DNA of 64,000 nt from sequence record MK308676.1. One strand, written 5' to 3'. Below are positions 27,882-37,774 of the stretch, one piece after another. Made by a program: the position numbers and the translations under genes. The first letter of the stretch is position 1, and each line of letters begins with the position of its first letter. The notes beneath the pieces are model-generated. The model was not told the DNA's origin. It saw only the letters and a program-made list of their open reading frames with translations, and did not search any database.

Positions 27882-29087
27882 TTAGTCTCCTACAACTTCA
27901 CGTAGAGAAGTAGACGTTACTTCCAGTTCCTTCTCAGGCATCTTCCAACCACTGTACTCGCAAATCTCAGGGAGTAAGACTTGACTACCACAAAGAATGA
28001 CGTTACCACGACGCTTGATACGCGATAGCAGGCTATGGTTACCAGTCAGAGGGTTAGAGCTGACCTTGAAGACAACGGTACCCGGGAACTCTTCAACTTC
28101 TTTTAGAGTCTGAGACCAATCGTTCACATCTACTACCATAACGCCGCCCTTGAAGAACTTTTCATTCGCCTTAATCACTTCGGAGTTCTGAGCAACATAA
28201 TAAGCGCCTTCTAACTTCACCTTCTGTTCTTCTGGTACGTCCAAAGATAGCTCCACAATAGGGCGCGTGTGCTCTGACGGAATTGTACCGAAAACAGTTC
28301 GTCCAAAAGACCCGAAGAAAGAGTTAGATGCGAGCTTAGCCATGCAGAGCTGCATCGCATGTTCGTTAGATTGCATCAGTTCCGACTGTAGTAACTTGCG
28401 CACCCAGTAAGTAGGTAGCTGAGCGAAGAAGTCGCGGAGCATCTGTGCATCGGGGCCGACTTTCAAAATAGACCCATAGTGGTGGACTAAGGTAGTTAAG
28501 TCCTGCTTGTCGTATTTCCACTGAAGAAGTTCCTCTTTAAGTAGGAGGTTTTCTCGAGTCTGTTTGACGTCATCTAGTTGCTTCTCGGCATAACGCTGCG
28601 CGCGGTCGAATAAGTCATCTCGCGCTGGGCCTACTTCAAAGTAAGTTTCTACTAAGATACGCTGACGAGAGCGTACATGGTTTTGTAAGAAACCTACAAG
28701 GTTAGATGCGGTAGCGCCGTAGTTCACAGCCCCTTCTTTCATCTTCTCTCGCATCTGTGCTAAGAACTTAGGATTTTTAGAAAGAGCTAACAGTTGAGCC
28801 TGCTTTGTTTCAGATTCGATGACCTCGCACCAATCGATGCCTTGGTCAAGCCAGCGTAAGCGCTGTATCTCGCCTAGGAGCATATCTTTAACCTCAAAGG
28901 GCTTACCGCTTACTAGTTCAGAAACCCAGCATTTCTTCATGATGAGCTTAGCAGCGGACTTCAGAGTAATGCCTTTAGGCTTATCCTCGAAGACCTTTAG
29001 AACGGCTTCGTAGAAGTCAGAACATGCGCCACATGGTGGACCTGCTTGAAGTGCTTGCTCGCGAGTGATGTAAATTTTCTTAGCCAT
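27882..29087 (-). CDS. Hypothetical protein with a polB-finger-like KLASNSFFGSFG motif
   Basis: 401 aa, AGGAGG RBS. Confidence 0.6.
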   Translation of the reverse strand: MAKKIYITREQALQAGPPCGACSDFYEAVLKVFEDKPKGITLKSAAKLIMKKCWVSELVSGKPFEVKDMLLGEIQRLRWLDQGIDWCEVIESETKQAQLLALSKNPKFLAQMREKMKEGAVNYGATASNLVGFLQNHVRSRQRILVETYFEVGPARDDLFDRAQRYAEKQLDDVKQTRENLLLKEELLQWKYDKQDLTTLVHHYGSILKVGPDAQMLRDFFAQLPTYWVRKLLQSELMQSNEHAMQLCMAKLASNSFFGSFGRTVFGTIPSEHTRPIVELSLDVPEEQKVKLEGAYYVAQNSEVIKANEKFFKGGVMVVDVNDWSQTLKEVEEFPGTVVFKVSSNPLTGNHSLLSRIKRRGNVILCGSQVLLPEICEYSGWKMPEKELEVTSTSLREVVGD

Positions 29088-29113
29088 AATAGGCCTCCTT
29101 TATTAATGAGTGA

Positions 29114-29737
29114 TTAGTTTGTTGGTTTGAATTGAGAACCATCGTCAAGATGTTCTTGAAGGATTTCGATATATTCAGCAATTGCCTGGCGCGGATGGTC
29201 TTGCATATAAGAATCCATAATAGGGAGTAAGTCTTCTATCTTAAGACGCATACCTTCACGGTGCGCAATCATAGCGGTCCTACGAGGCTCTATAAAGGCC
29301 TTAGTTGAACCATTTGGCATATGTAGTACAATATTAACTACGGGACCGTTCTTGTTCTTAGCGACCCATAGAGGAAGGTCTTTGCCCTTTCTATTGGCAG
29401 GGAAAAGATTTCTATGTTCTGAACGGAATACTACAAAGTCAGATAGGCCGATTGAGCTTTTGCCGAAACGTAGAGCAGTGTTCATGATAACGGTATCGTG
29501 GCCATCTAGCATATGCTCCTGTGCGACGATATGGCGGCGGAAAGCTTTCAGCGATAGAATGTCATCATCTAACTCCCAACCGTTCTCCTGAGCATCAACA
29601 AGCAGCTTGCGCCACTTGTTGAAGTAAGGACAAGATTTTAGTTTACCGTCTTCTTTAAATGAAGTTGGCCAGTCTGCATCGTTAATGCCGATGCCTGCAA
29701 TAATTTTACTTCGCATGTTTGCCCCACTGAGGTTCAT
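29114..29737 (-). CDS. Degenerate phage HNH-family-like protein
   Basis: IAGIGINDADW...CPYFNKW. Confidence 0.55.
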   Translation of the reverse strand: MNLSGANMRSKIIAGIGINDADWPTSFKEDGKLKSCPYFNKWRKLLVDAQENGWELDDDILSLKAFRRHIVAQEHMLDGHDTVIMNTALRFGKSSIGLSDFVVFRSEHRNLFPANRKGKDLPLWVAKNKNGPVVNIVLHMPNGSTKAFIEPRRTAMIAHREGMRLKIEDLLPIMDSYMQDHPRQAIAEYIEILQEHLDDGSQFKPTN

Positions 29738-30359
29738 AACGTCTGTGGCTATGGATATGTTCTTCTAGATGAATCATGAAACGATGGAAAGCCATCTTAG
29801 CATGCCAATGGTGGTCAGAATAGAAATCGGACAACCACTGCGCATTATTGACTTTCGCTTGAGCGGCTGCTACGTGAGCATCTAAAGCATCCGCCATTAT
29901 CTGGCAGAACTTCTTACGAGGACGCTTGTTCTCTTCGGAAGGCATATATTTGACCTGAGCCTGGTAGCCTCCTGCGACGTAGTGCGATGTCCACAGAGGT
30001 AAGGTGCGGTCGTATCTGATTCTAGGGAAGAAGTTACGATGGTGACGATGTAGTACAACAATATTGTCCAAGGAGACATAGTCGAGATTTAGAATCTCAC
30101 TCATCATTACGATGGTTGTTGGTTGGTCACCGAATGCCTTTTCTTGCTGTTCGACGTGTTTCTTGAAGTTCTCGAACTGCGCGAAGTCAGGACGTACTTC
30201 AACCTTAGCAATCTTAGCACGGCGCAGAATACCTGCCCAAGAGGTGTAATAAGGGCAACGAATCTTCTTAACCTTACCGCCTACGTGTTCAGTCCAGGCT
30301 ACCTGAGTTTCTTTAAAGCGGCGGCCTGCGCCGTAGAGTAATTTAGTTTGCTGCATCAT
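29706..30359 (-). CDS. Degenerate HNH-family-like paralog
   Basis: LLYGAG...CPYYTSWAGILRR. Confidence 0.55.
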   Translation of the reverse strand: MMQQTKLLYGAGRRFKETQVAWTEHVGGKVKKIRCPYYTSWAGILRRAKIAKVEVRPDFAQFENFKKHVEQQEKAFGDQPTTIVMMSEILNLDYVSLDNIVVLHRHHRNFFPRIRYDRTLPLWTSHYVAGGYQAQVKYMPSEENKRPRKKFCQIMADALDAHVAAAQAKVNNAQWLSDFYSDHHWHAKMAFHRFMIHLEEHIHSHRRYEPQWGKHAK

Positions 30360-30837
30360 AGCGCTCCTTAGATACTTTGAATGAATGTTCAGAACGTTCA
30401 GTCAATAACCATTCTTCCGTAAGTTCTCTTAGGTAGTACAACTCATCGGAACGGTTAGTGATTTTAGGATGGTTCTCTTCTTTATAGAACTCGATTAGTA
30501 AAAGAAGCTCATCTGTAAGGAAGTTAGCTGAGTCCGCCACATGAATGCGAGAACTGAGCAGTTTAGGCTCCGGCTTCTTCTCGCCGCCGAAACGGAACAG
30601 GTTAGTCTTTATACTATCCAGTGTGGTTATCACCTCACCATTGACGTCCAGTAAGAACTCCTTACTAGGACATAGAGGCAGAGTGTTAAATAAAGGAGTG
30701 CCGGTATGTAGGATTGCTTTCACCTGACCTTTAAAGGACTTACCTATCCACTTCATACTAACAGTTTCCAGAGACACGTGTACATTTGAAGTAGAACAGA
30801 ATTTAGTGATGGCGCCAATAGTTTTTACGATTTCCAT
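30343..30837 (-). CDS. Hypothetical protein
   Basis: 164 aa, GAGGA RBS. Confidence 0.6.
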   Translation of the reverse strand: MEIVKTIGAITKFCSTSNVHVSLETVSMKWIGKSFKGQVKAILHTGTPLFNTLPLCPSKEFLLDVNGEVITTLDSIKTNLFRFGGEKKPEPKLLSSRIHVADSANFLTDELLLLIEFYKEENHPKITNRSDELYYLRELTEEWLLTERSEHSFKVSKERYDAAN

Positions 30838-30857
30838 TTGAATATCCTCGTTTATAA

Positions 30858-30905
30858 GTTAATATCATAAAGGCCTCTCTTAACGAGAAGCCTTGAGTTA
30901 TTAAC
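30858..30905 (-). promoter_or_regulatory. T7-like RNase III-style hairpin A
   Basis: 7-bp stem, ACUC/UAUGA loop, 10-bp stem. Confidence 0.55.
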
Positions 30906-31458
30906 TAAATGGTTTCTGGGTAGTTGTATGCTCTTCTAAGAGCTCGCAGAGTTTAAGCATTGAATCCTTCGTAGGAGAACCTTTAGGGTACTCTCCGGCA
31001 ATTCTACGCACGTTACGGTTAGTTAACTCTAGACAGGCGAAGTGAAGTTCTCGCTCGTCCCAATGAACTGCATAACGCGGCTTGACCTCACCGTAAACCT
31101 TAAAGGCACATGTAAAGCTTTCTTGAAACTCGTCCTTACCTGGGTGCGTCCATTTAAGAGTCGTTCCTTTCCTTTCATTTAAGAAACGGAAGTATCCTGC
31201 GTGGAGTTTATCCACAGATACCAAAGAGGCTAATGGGTTCTTAGGGTCGAAACTAACCTTAGAGAAGTCCAGTAACATCTGGGTAGCTGGGTTGTGACGG
31301 ATGTAGATTAAGTGGTCTAGGTATTCCTTAACGCCAGGATAGACCATACCTTCCACATTGGCCGACTTTAGTTTATTGCGTAGGACTTGCACGCGGTTAT
31401 AAACCGTATGCGCATCCATCTGAACCAAGTCGCCAGTTAAGCTAGTCCAATGGTACAT
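30901..31458 (-). CDS. Hypothetical protein
   Basis: 185 aa, GAGGAG RBS. Confidence 0.65.
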   Translation of the reverse strand: MYHWTSLTGDLVQMDAHTVYNRVQVLRNKLKSANVEGMVYPGVKEYLDHLIYIRHNPATQMLLDFSKVSFDPKNPLASLVSVDKLHAGYFRFLNERKGTTLKWTHPGKDEFQESFTCAFKVYGEVKPRYAVHWDERELHFACLELTNRNVRRIAGEYPKGSPTKDSMLKLCELLEEHTTTQKPFS

Positions 31459-31467
31459 GTTTACTCC

Positions 31468-32310
31468 TCAAAGTAGTTTGCCCGCGAACAGTCCAATCAT
31501 GAACGTAGCGAAACAGATAATGCTCCACTCACCATGGCCTAAGCGGAACATGCCAGGCTTAAAGTGTTCTGGTTCCTTAGTAGAAACAAAAGACTCGCCT
31601 AAGGCTTCGTCCATCATCGCTTTTTCTTGATACTCTGTAATGAAAGTAATGTGTGCGCCTAGGCTCACGTCGGCAGCGAAAGAGCGCAGAGGGAAAGACC
31701 CTACATATTCCGTGCCCGCATACATGTCTAGACCAACATAGTCCGTACCAAAACGAACTACGCGGAAGCCAAAGCCGCTTTCTAGGTTATGGAACCATTC
31801 CCCGTTATTATCCACAGTAAGCCCATCGAAGTATTCGCGAGACATTGCGCCAATAAGCTTTACGTCGTCTGCGAAAGGAGTCCCTTCGAATTCTTGATAC
31901 TTGCGACCCAGGTAGTAATCGGCCATATGTTTCGCGCGCGCTTGTTGCTCTTTACACAACTTCTCAAATTCTTCGATAGTCATAGCGCTACTATCAAACC
32001 ACTCACTAATTGCGGCATGTAATAGTGGGAACTCGGCGACGTGTACATATGAGGACGGCTCGCCGCTGTTCGCGCCGGAGATAAGAAATGCTTCGCCATC
32101 ACAGCTTATACAAAGACCTGCGCGGGTAATCCATTTGTTTTCGTCTACCATTTGGTTATCGGTAAAATATTCTTCTTTACCAATAAAGCCAGCCAGTAAA
32201 CCGCCGAGAACATTGAAGTCCTTGCAGAGAGGGCTACGTAAAAATAGACCCACTTCTTGTTCTAGGCCTGAAGGGGCAGCTGTAGTAGTTTGTTGTTTTT
32301 GATTTAACAT
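31468..32310 (-). CDS. Tail-anchored membrane protein
   Basis: C-terminal TM ending AGKLL. Confidence 0.65.
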   Translation of the reverse strand: MLNQKQQTTTAAPSGLEQEVGLFLRSPLCKDFNVLGGLLAGFIGKEEYFTDNQMVDENKWITRAGLCISCDGEAFLISGANSGEPSSYVHVAEFPLLHAAISEWFDSSAMTIEEFEKLCKEQQARAKHMADYYLGRKYQEFEGTPFADDVKLIGAMSREYFDGLTVDNNGEWFHNLESGFGFRVVRFGTDYVGLDMYAGTEYVGSFPLRSFAADVSLGAHITFITEYQEKAMMDEALGESFVSTKEPEHFKPGMFRLGHGEWSIICFATFMIGLFAGKLL

Positions 32311-32333
32311 GATGTTTTTCCTTATTTAAGGTT

Positions 32334-32384
32334 GAGTAAAAATCATAAAGGACCCTCGCTAGAAGGCCCTTGAGTTTATCACTC
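32334..32384 (-). promoter_or_regulatory. T7-like RNase III-style hairpin B
   Basis: Same ACUC/UAUGA loop with a different upper-stem sequence. Confidence 0.55.
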
Positions 32385-32765
32385 TGGTTCAGTGTAGACT
32401 TCGGTCTTGTCGTACCGGATGGTCTGGAAGTAGTTATCTTCGTACTCATCCCGTACTTTCTCAGCCAGCGGCTCCAAGACATGAATTAGATTACGCCAGC
32501 TAATGAACTTCATTCGAGCATTGCCGCAGAAACATAGGCCATCTTTACAGGACGTGTAGTAGATGCCAATGTAGTTGCCTTCCTTGGCCATGATGGCCAA
32601 GTTCTGTTTATCGATAATGTAAGCCGTGAAGTACTCGTTTGGATTGAAGTTATTCATCCAAAGCTTATCGAAGGTAATCTCAGTTTTGAAGGAACTGGCA
32701 CGCTCTAGATTATATTCCTCTAGCTTGCCTTCTTCAATGAGAGCTTTTATTTCATTTACGTTCAA
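32379..32765 (-). CDS. Hypothetical protein
   Basis: 128-aa ORF, in-operon. Confidence 0.6.
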   Translation of the reverse strand: MNVNEIKALIEEGKLEEYNLERASSFKTEITFDKLWMNNFNPNEYFTAYIIDKQNLAIMAKEGNYIGIYYTSCKDGLCFCGNARMKFISWRNLIHVLEPLAEKVRDEYEDNYFQTIRYDKTEVYTEPE

Positions 32766-32768
32766 GGT

Positions 32769-33386
32769 TTAATCCTCGCGACCAATGTGTGGATTTAATA
32801 CGGGCTTCCCGCAAGGCATCGGTTTGAGCACTGCCCTGTCAAGCATGGCGTCGTCGAACTTAGGAGGCTCAGTTCCATTGTACATTCCATCGCCGAAAGC
32901 GGCGTCTGCGTTACAGTCACAGTCGCGGAGGTGCTCCCCGCAATACATGCAGTCCGTTATCATCGAACGGTCCAGTGCAGCTAGGAACTCTTCACGATGT
33001 TGTAGGCGTAAAGCTAACTTCACGTGGTATTCCAGCTGACCACTCGAGATGGTTTCTTCGGCCTGTTTCTTCTTACGGAAAAGTAGGAGGAAAGGGCGGT
33101 CGCGGGCGAAAGGCTCTTCGCCATCCAAACCCATCGCTCTCGTGGTCGCACTATAAACGTGGTTCATGACGCGTGGTAATGCGGGAGTTATCGGTTCACC
33201 GCTCTTCTCACCTATCCACACGTTAGTCTTACCGATAGTTGCCACCATGGCACGGGTAGACCAGAATTCACACTTAACAGTTTCTGCTTTCAACTCGCCA
33301 TCGGTAGAAATTAAACCGAGAATGGCCCAGAGATGCTCATCGTTAGAGCTTACTTCAGAAAGCTTCTTAATGCGATGCTTTAACAT
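32769..33386 (-). CDS. Hypothetical protein with a CxxCx6CxC Zn motif
   Basis: DCMYCGEHLRDCDC. Confidence 0.6.
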   Translation of the reverse strand: MLKHRIKKLSEVSSNDEHLWAILGLISTDGELKAETVKCEFWSTRAMVATIGKTNVWIGEKSGEPITPALPRVMNHVYSATTRAMGLDGEEPFARDRPFLLLFRKKKQAEETISSGQLEYHVKLALRLQHREEFLAALDRSMITDCMYCGEHLRDCDCNADAAFGDGMYNGTEPPKFDDAMLDRAVLKPMPCGKPVLNPHIGRED

Positions 33387-33919
33387 TAGTACTCTCCTTT
33401 TTGGATGCGTTTAACGAAGTCCGCATATTCGCGCTTAGGCCACCAGAACATATCGTTCTCGTCGAAGTCTTCACAGGTGTCCACGAAATGCATGTCCATG
33501 TTCAATACATAGCCAGGCAGTTTGTTCTCGTTCTGTTCGCGAATATCTTTCCAAGTAACCGCTTCCAGCGCAGGGTCTAGAATCTCAGGAATGTCCTTAT
33601 GCTCTAGCCAACGACCTTCTTCAGTTACTTCGTTAGTGACCTGAGTCAAGCCACGCGCATTATAAAGACGGTCACCGATAATAGGAATTAAAACTCGGTC
33701 ATCGTCATTGGCCACGCTCAGGATGAGTCGGCCTTTACAATAGACGTAGATGTTATGGTCGCGGTCATACCCGTTCTCGCCAATAGTTGCTAGCACCCAC
33801 AGGGCCATGTGCAGGGTATTGTAGCTACCACGGAAGTCCTGAACGCCACCGCGAGGGTAGTACTCTCCGAATTCCTCGACCACAATCGGTTTAGAGAAGT
33901 CTGGTAATTTACGTTCCAT
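33386..33919 (-). CDS. Hypothetical protein (phage YYPxGGxxDF motif)
   Basis: YYPRGGVQDFRGSY; AGGAG RBS. Confidence 0.6.
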   Translation of the reverse strand: MERKLPDFSKPIVVEEFGEYYPRGGVQDFRGSYNTLHMALWVLATIGENGYDRDHNIYVYCKGRLILSVANDDDRVLIPIIGDRLYNARGLTQVTNEVTEEGRWLEHKDIPEILDPALEAVTWKDIREQNENKLPGYVLNMDMHFVDTCEDFDENDMFWWPKREYADFVKRIQKGEY

Positions 33920-33956
33920 TGGGAACTCCTTAGTTTAAGGGTTTAAAATCAATTAG

Positions 33957-33967
33957 GCTATATAGGT
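33957..33967 (-). promoter_or_regulatory. Early-promoter-like ACCTATATAGC
   Basis: Recurrent motif. Confidence 0.55.
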
Positions 33968-33977
33968 TATAGTTTAA

Positions 33978-35078
33978 TTAAAACCAGCCAAACAGTTTAC
34001 CTGCAAGTGCTAGCGTAGCAGCGGCAAAGAACGAATACTCCAACACTGTAACCCAAGTAGCTTGTTCGGTTGCCTTAGGGCGGCACTGTATTGGAGCAGG
34101 GATTGGAGCAATCTTGTCCTCTTCTTCTTTAACGGGGAACACGCGCTTGTTTAGACTGTCGCGTATGTCCATGGCAGCATTGATTCTGTGTTCGGGAACA
34201 GGACTCAATTCTTTAACTGCCTCCAAACGAGCAGGGACGTCGTCTTCCTTTTTAGCCATGAGTACGTCCCTTAGACCAGTTAAGGCCGCATCGTTATTGA
34301 GGCGCTCTATGTCCCGAGCTGTTCTTTCCTTGGGATAAGAAGCCAAGAAACGGTCTCTAGCTTTAATCGCAGAACAGTCGCTCTCTAAACCTACCTTAAA
34401 TAGGTAATTACAAAGCACGTTAGCGAATGCTTGTTGGGCGCGCGACCAGACAATGAAGCTGCTCACGATTTGGTCCTCTAGAGTAACGTGTGCGATAATG
34501 ACATCGGTAGGAGAAACCAGTTTAATACCTAGCCCTTTAAACGGGCCTTCTACGCAAAGGAAGCGCCCGTGGATTTTACCCCCGTTGTCAGGTTCTGCCT
34601 GACGAAGGTAGAAATCTGGACGAGTAAAGAAGTCACGGATGAATTCTCGTGTTTCTTCCTGAACGCGTTCCTTTTGTTGTGAACGATGACGTTCCTTTTC
34701 GCAAGCGGACATACCGAAGAACTCTTGAGTGTAGAACTGAACATAAGACTCACCAAAGTGATTAAGTCCCGCAGCCAGCAAAGAATAGATAACCGGATAG
34801 TGACTCTTGGAGACAACCGCTTCTACCTCGCGGTTCTGAACCGTGATGAAGTTTTCAGTTTGTATGACGTCTGTGCCCTCAAGCTTCCAGTGCCCCGAGG
34901 CAACAGATTCGAAGCGCTTTTGACAAAAAGAAGCAAATGCACAGAATATAAGTAAGCCAGCTTTTTCACCATAGCTTTCAGTAAAAGCATCTAGTTCTTT
35001 CCTAGCAGGTTTTTCTTCATTGTGAATTTCGCCCATAAGGTAAGATGCGATTTTTAAGGACTCTTCATAATGTGACAT
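33978..35078 (-). CDS. Tail-anchored membrane protein, paralog of 31468..32310
   Basis: C-terminal TM ending AGKLFGWF. Confidence 0.65.
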   Translation of the reverse strand: MSHYEESLKIASYLMGEIHNEEKPARKELDAFTESYGEKAGLLIFCAFASFCQKRFESVASGHWKLEGTDVIQTENFITVQNREVEAVVSKSHYPVIYSLLAAGLNHFGESYVQFYTQEFFGMSACEKERHRSQQKERVQEETREFIRDFFTRPDFYLRQAEPDNGGKIHGRFLCVEGPFKGLGIKLVSPTDVIIAHVTLEDQIVSSFIVWSRAQQAFANVLCNYLFKVGLESDCSAIKARDRFLASYPKERTARDIERLNNDAALTGLRDVLMAKKEDDVPARLEAVKELSPVPEHRINAAMDIRDSLNKRVFPVKEEEDKIAPIPAPIQCRPKATEQATWVTVLEYSFFAAATLALAGKLFGWF

Positions 35079-35095
35079 GTTTTTATTCTCCGAAA

Positions 35096-35317
35096 TTAAA
35101 AAGGGGTATAGAGGGAAGCCACTTTAGAGAGTGACCAACCGAGTACGCATAGGGCCATCCCTACTACGCTAATAATCATTAGTTCAGGCACCACGACGCC
35201 TATAGAGAACAGGAACGACCCAAACAGGGTCACTCCTAGGGAAAGTAAGGATAGGATAATAAACGCCATCCACGTCCATACAGTTACGTTTTTCTTAATC
35301 ATCCGAATATGTCCCAA
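35096..35317 (-). CDS. Small 2-TM membrane protein
   Basis: Two long hydrophobic stretches. Confidence 0.55.
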   Translation of the reverse strand: MGHIRMIKKNVTVWTWMAFIILSLLSLGVTLFGSFLFSIGVVVPELMIISVVGMALCVLGWSLSKVASLYTPF

Positions 35318-35964
35318 TCGTCGCTACTGTCCGTAGACCAATCCGTCATAAACAAGGCAAAGCCATAGACAAAGAAGCCAAATATCTGACACAGCAGCCA
35401 TATTTTAGGGCCCATGTCCATTGGTCCGCCTAGGGCGTGTATAAAGATACCTAACACAGGAGATAACAAGGCAGTAATGAATAACTGACCAATCCAGAAT
35501 ATCCATAGGTTAGCCGGCCTCTTAAAGATGAGACGGAACGGGTTATGACTAACTGACTCTGTAATGCCAGGTTCCACAAACTTCTCTACATCGCCTACCT
35601 TAGGACGAGGACTAAGAGGACTACTCTCTTCTAGAGTCTCTTCGATGCCTAGTCGTCCTTTCTCCACGATACCAGTACGCACCGTTAGCTTACGGATAAT
35701 GATAGGGTCAGGGTCAACGATGTTGAGAGTAATACCCAACCCTGCCGCATCTAACATAACGACTAAGTCCCCGTTATCGACATACATGCGGTTCCATCCG
35801 CATACAGAGGTAATCTCACACTTACCTTCAGTAACGACACTGTCTTCGCGTACCAACAAACGCTCAACCGCTTCTGAGAAAGATGTGAGCTGGTCATCAG
35901 TATAGGAGGCTTGGTAACCGTGCTTACAGAACCACACCTGCATCAAACTTTTAATTCTTAACAT
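35299..35964 (-). CDS. Membrane protein with 2 C-terminal TM segments
   Basis: 221 aa, AAGGA RBS. Confidence 0.6.
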   Translation of the reverse strand: MLRIKSLMQVWFCKHGYQASYTDDQLTSFSEAVERLLVREDSVVTEGKCEITSVCGWNRMYVDNGDLVVMLDAAGLGITLNIVDPDPIIIRKLTVRTGIVEKGRLGIEETLEESSPLSPRPKVGDVEKFVEPGITESVSHNPFRLIFKRPANLWIFWIGQLFITALLSPVLGIFIHALGGPMDMGPKIWLLCQIFGFFVYGFALFMTDWSTDSSDDWDIFG

Positions 35965-36272
35965 TTTTAATATCCTTTTCTAGAAATAGGGCAATAATGC
36001 ACGGCCAGGCCATAAAGGCCCGCCGCGCGCGATTCTTACGTAATTGACATAACAGCTGTTAGATAGACCTATTACCTCAGGGCAATGAGAACTATCTAAC
36101 CGCAGTCATGAACTATCTCGTCTCTATAGAGGGATAGATAAAGAAGACTATCTACTCCCTCTATATAGGCATAATACTAATAGACAGTATAAAGGCATGT
36201 CTCTGGGAGGATGACCCCCCTCCTGCTCCGCTAGGTTCCCCCCGTCAACATGCCTAAATGATTAGGTGAATA

Positions 36273-37403
36273 TCAGCCAGTACAAATAGCACTACCTACA
36301 GCAGCTAGACCTATCGTACCTACAGCCAAGAACCCTAGTGCAACGACACCTGGATTGAGAATACAGAATGCCTTAAACTTAGACCATAGAGACATCTTAC
36401 GTTCCTCTATTGTGAAGGAAGGCTTAACTAGTCTCTCTAGACTTTCCTTAGTTTCAGATAGACGACTAGCCTCTTCCTGAGCACGCTTTAGCCAAGGACG
36501 TTCAGGGTCATTAGGGTCAGAGCGCTCTATCTCTTCACGCACACGTCTAGCGGTCTCTACCTCTTCCATTATTCTTCCAAAGCGAGGAGTCATAGGTGGC
36601 TGAGGAGCGAAAGCTTTTTGTAGCCTTTCCAACTGAGCATACATACGCTCACTTTTAAGCATAGCATCTGTAGGTACCAAGCCGAAAGCGTTATAGGCTC
36701 GCAACCAGTGCTCTGATGGGTCTATCGGTTTAGTATGGATGCCGCCGCCTGTACAGCCCACGATAGCGTCTAGTGTATCGAAGAGCTCTTTATAAGCTTC
36801 AGTAAACTTCTCAAGTTTAATGACCTGTCGCGTCATAGAGAACTCTGTCTTGGTGACTACGACAGCCCACTTATGGACATCCGACTTAACGATGCGAATG
36901 TAAAAGTCTCGCTTCGTCTTCCCTGTTAATGCCATGGTAGTAGGTATGATTTGAAATAGGTCGCCTTCTCGCGTAACTCGGCAAGTCGCCGGTGCGTTAA
37001 AGATGGCATTAAAGAGATTACGAATGTCTCCGTCCAAACCTAGTCTGTCATGTCCGACGGACTTTAGCCACTCACTAGCGTAGTCGGGTAACTGCTTAGC
37101 TCCCTCCATAAACTTCTCGATGAAGTAAGAACGCCATTCGTGGGGCAGGTCGGTGATAAGAATAGAGCGGTCTTTGACGGGTTGGATTTTGTAGATGCCG
37201 CCCACTTCGATAAGCATGCCGCCTTTATGGTCGACGAGCATACGCTGGTCTTTACATTCAGCAACATCCATGACACCTTTAGTATAAAAGCGCATGAGTT
37301 GGAAGCATGCCTCATTGGTGAGAGATTCGTTATGACGTTTTTCGTCTTGTAGGGCTGCCCACATTTTTTTACGCGATAGCATAGTGCTTTCCTTCTTTAC
37401 CAA
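36273..37403 (-). CDS. Tail-anchored membrane protein
   Basis: Coiled region followed by a C-terminal TM. Confidence 0.65.
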   Translation of the reverse strand: MVKKESTMLSRKKMWAALQDEKRHNESLTNEACFQLMRFYTKGVMDVAECKDQRMLVDHKGGMLIEVGGIYKIQPVKDRSILITDLPHEWRSYFIEKFMEGAKQLPDYASEWLKSVGHDRLGLDGDIRNLFNAIFNAPATCRVTREGDLFQIIPTTMALTGKTKRDFYIRIVKSDVHKWAVVVTKTEFSMTRQVIKLEKFTEAYKELFDTLDAIVGCTGGGIHTKPIDPSEHWLRAYNAFGLVPTDAMLKSERMYAQLERLQKAFAPQPPMTPRFGRIMEEVETARRVREEIERSDPNDPERPWLKRAQEEASRLSETKESLERLVKPSFTIEERKMSLWSKFKAFCILNPGVVALGFLAVGTIGLAAVGSAICTG

Positions 37404-37453
37404 AAATGAAATAGTGAAATAGAGGTAGGTTGTAGCCTACCTCTTATTATGTT

Positions 37454-37774
37454 TTAAATGTCTTCGTTCCAGCGGTTTTCTAACCACAAGTCAAAAGAGT
37501 TAAAGCGATTGATGAAGCCAGACTTCTTGTAAGCTACGTCCTGTGACATATAAAGATACACGCGACTGCGAGCCTCTTTAAAGTCTAGGCCTTCCATCTT
37601 AGCTTTACGTAGAACGTCCAGAACGTCGCTGCGTAGTTCGTTGAGGGTTTTCTCAACTAGAAGTTTGTAACGGTCTCTGGCTTTCATAGCGCCAAGTCGT
37701 AGACGGTAAAGACCGATGGAGATAGCGCAAGCGGCTAGCACGAAGTACCAGTATTCGATAAAGTACTCAATCAT
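37454..37774 (-). CDS. Single-pass membrane protein
   Basis: N-terminal TM YWYFVLAACAISIGLY. Confidence 0.6.
   Translation of the reverse strand: MIEYFIEYWYFVLAACAISIGLYRLRLGAMKARDRYKLLVEKTLNELRSDVLDVLRKAKMEGLDFKEARSRVYLYMSQDVAYKKSGFINRFNSFDLWLENRWNEDI

Noticed and set aside
27593-27913. 106-aa plus-strand ORF across the odd intergenic block
   Set aside because: No RBS, low-complexity composition, overlaps real minus-strand genes; treated as a shadow ORF
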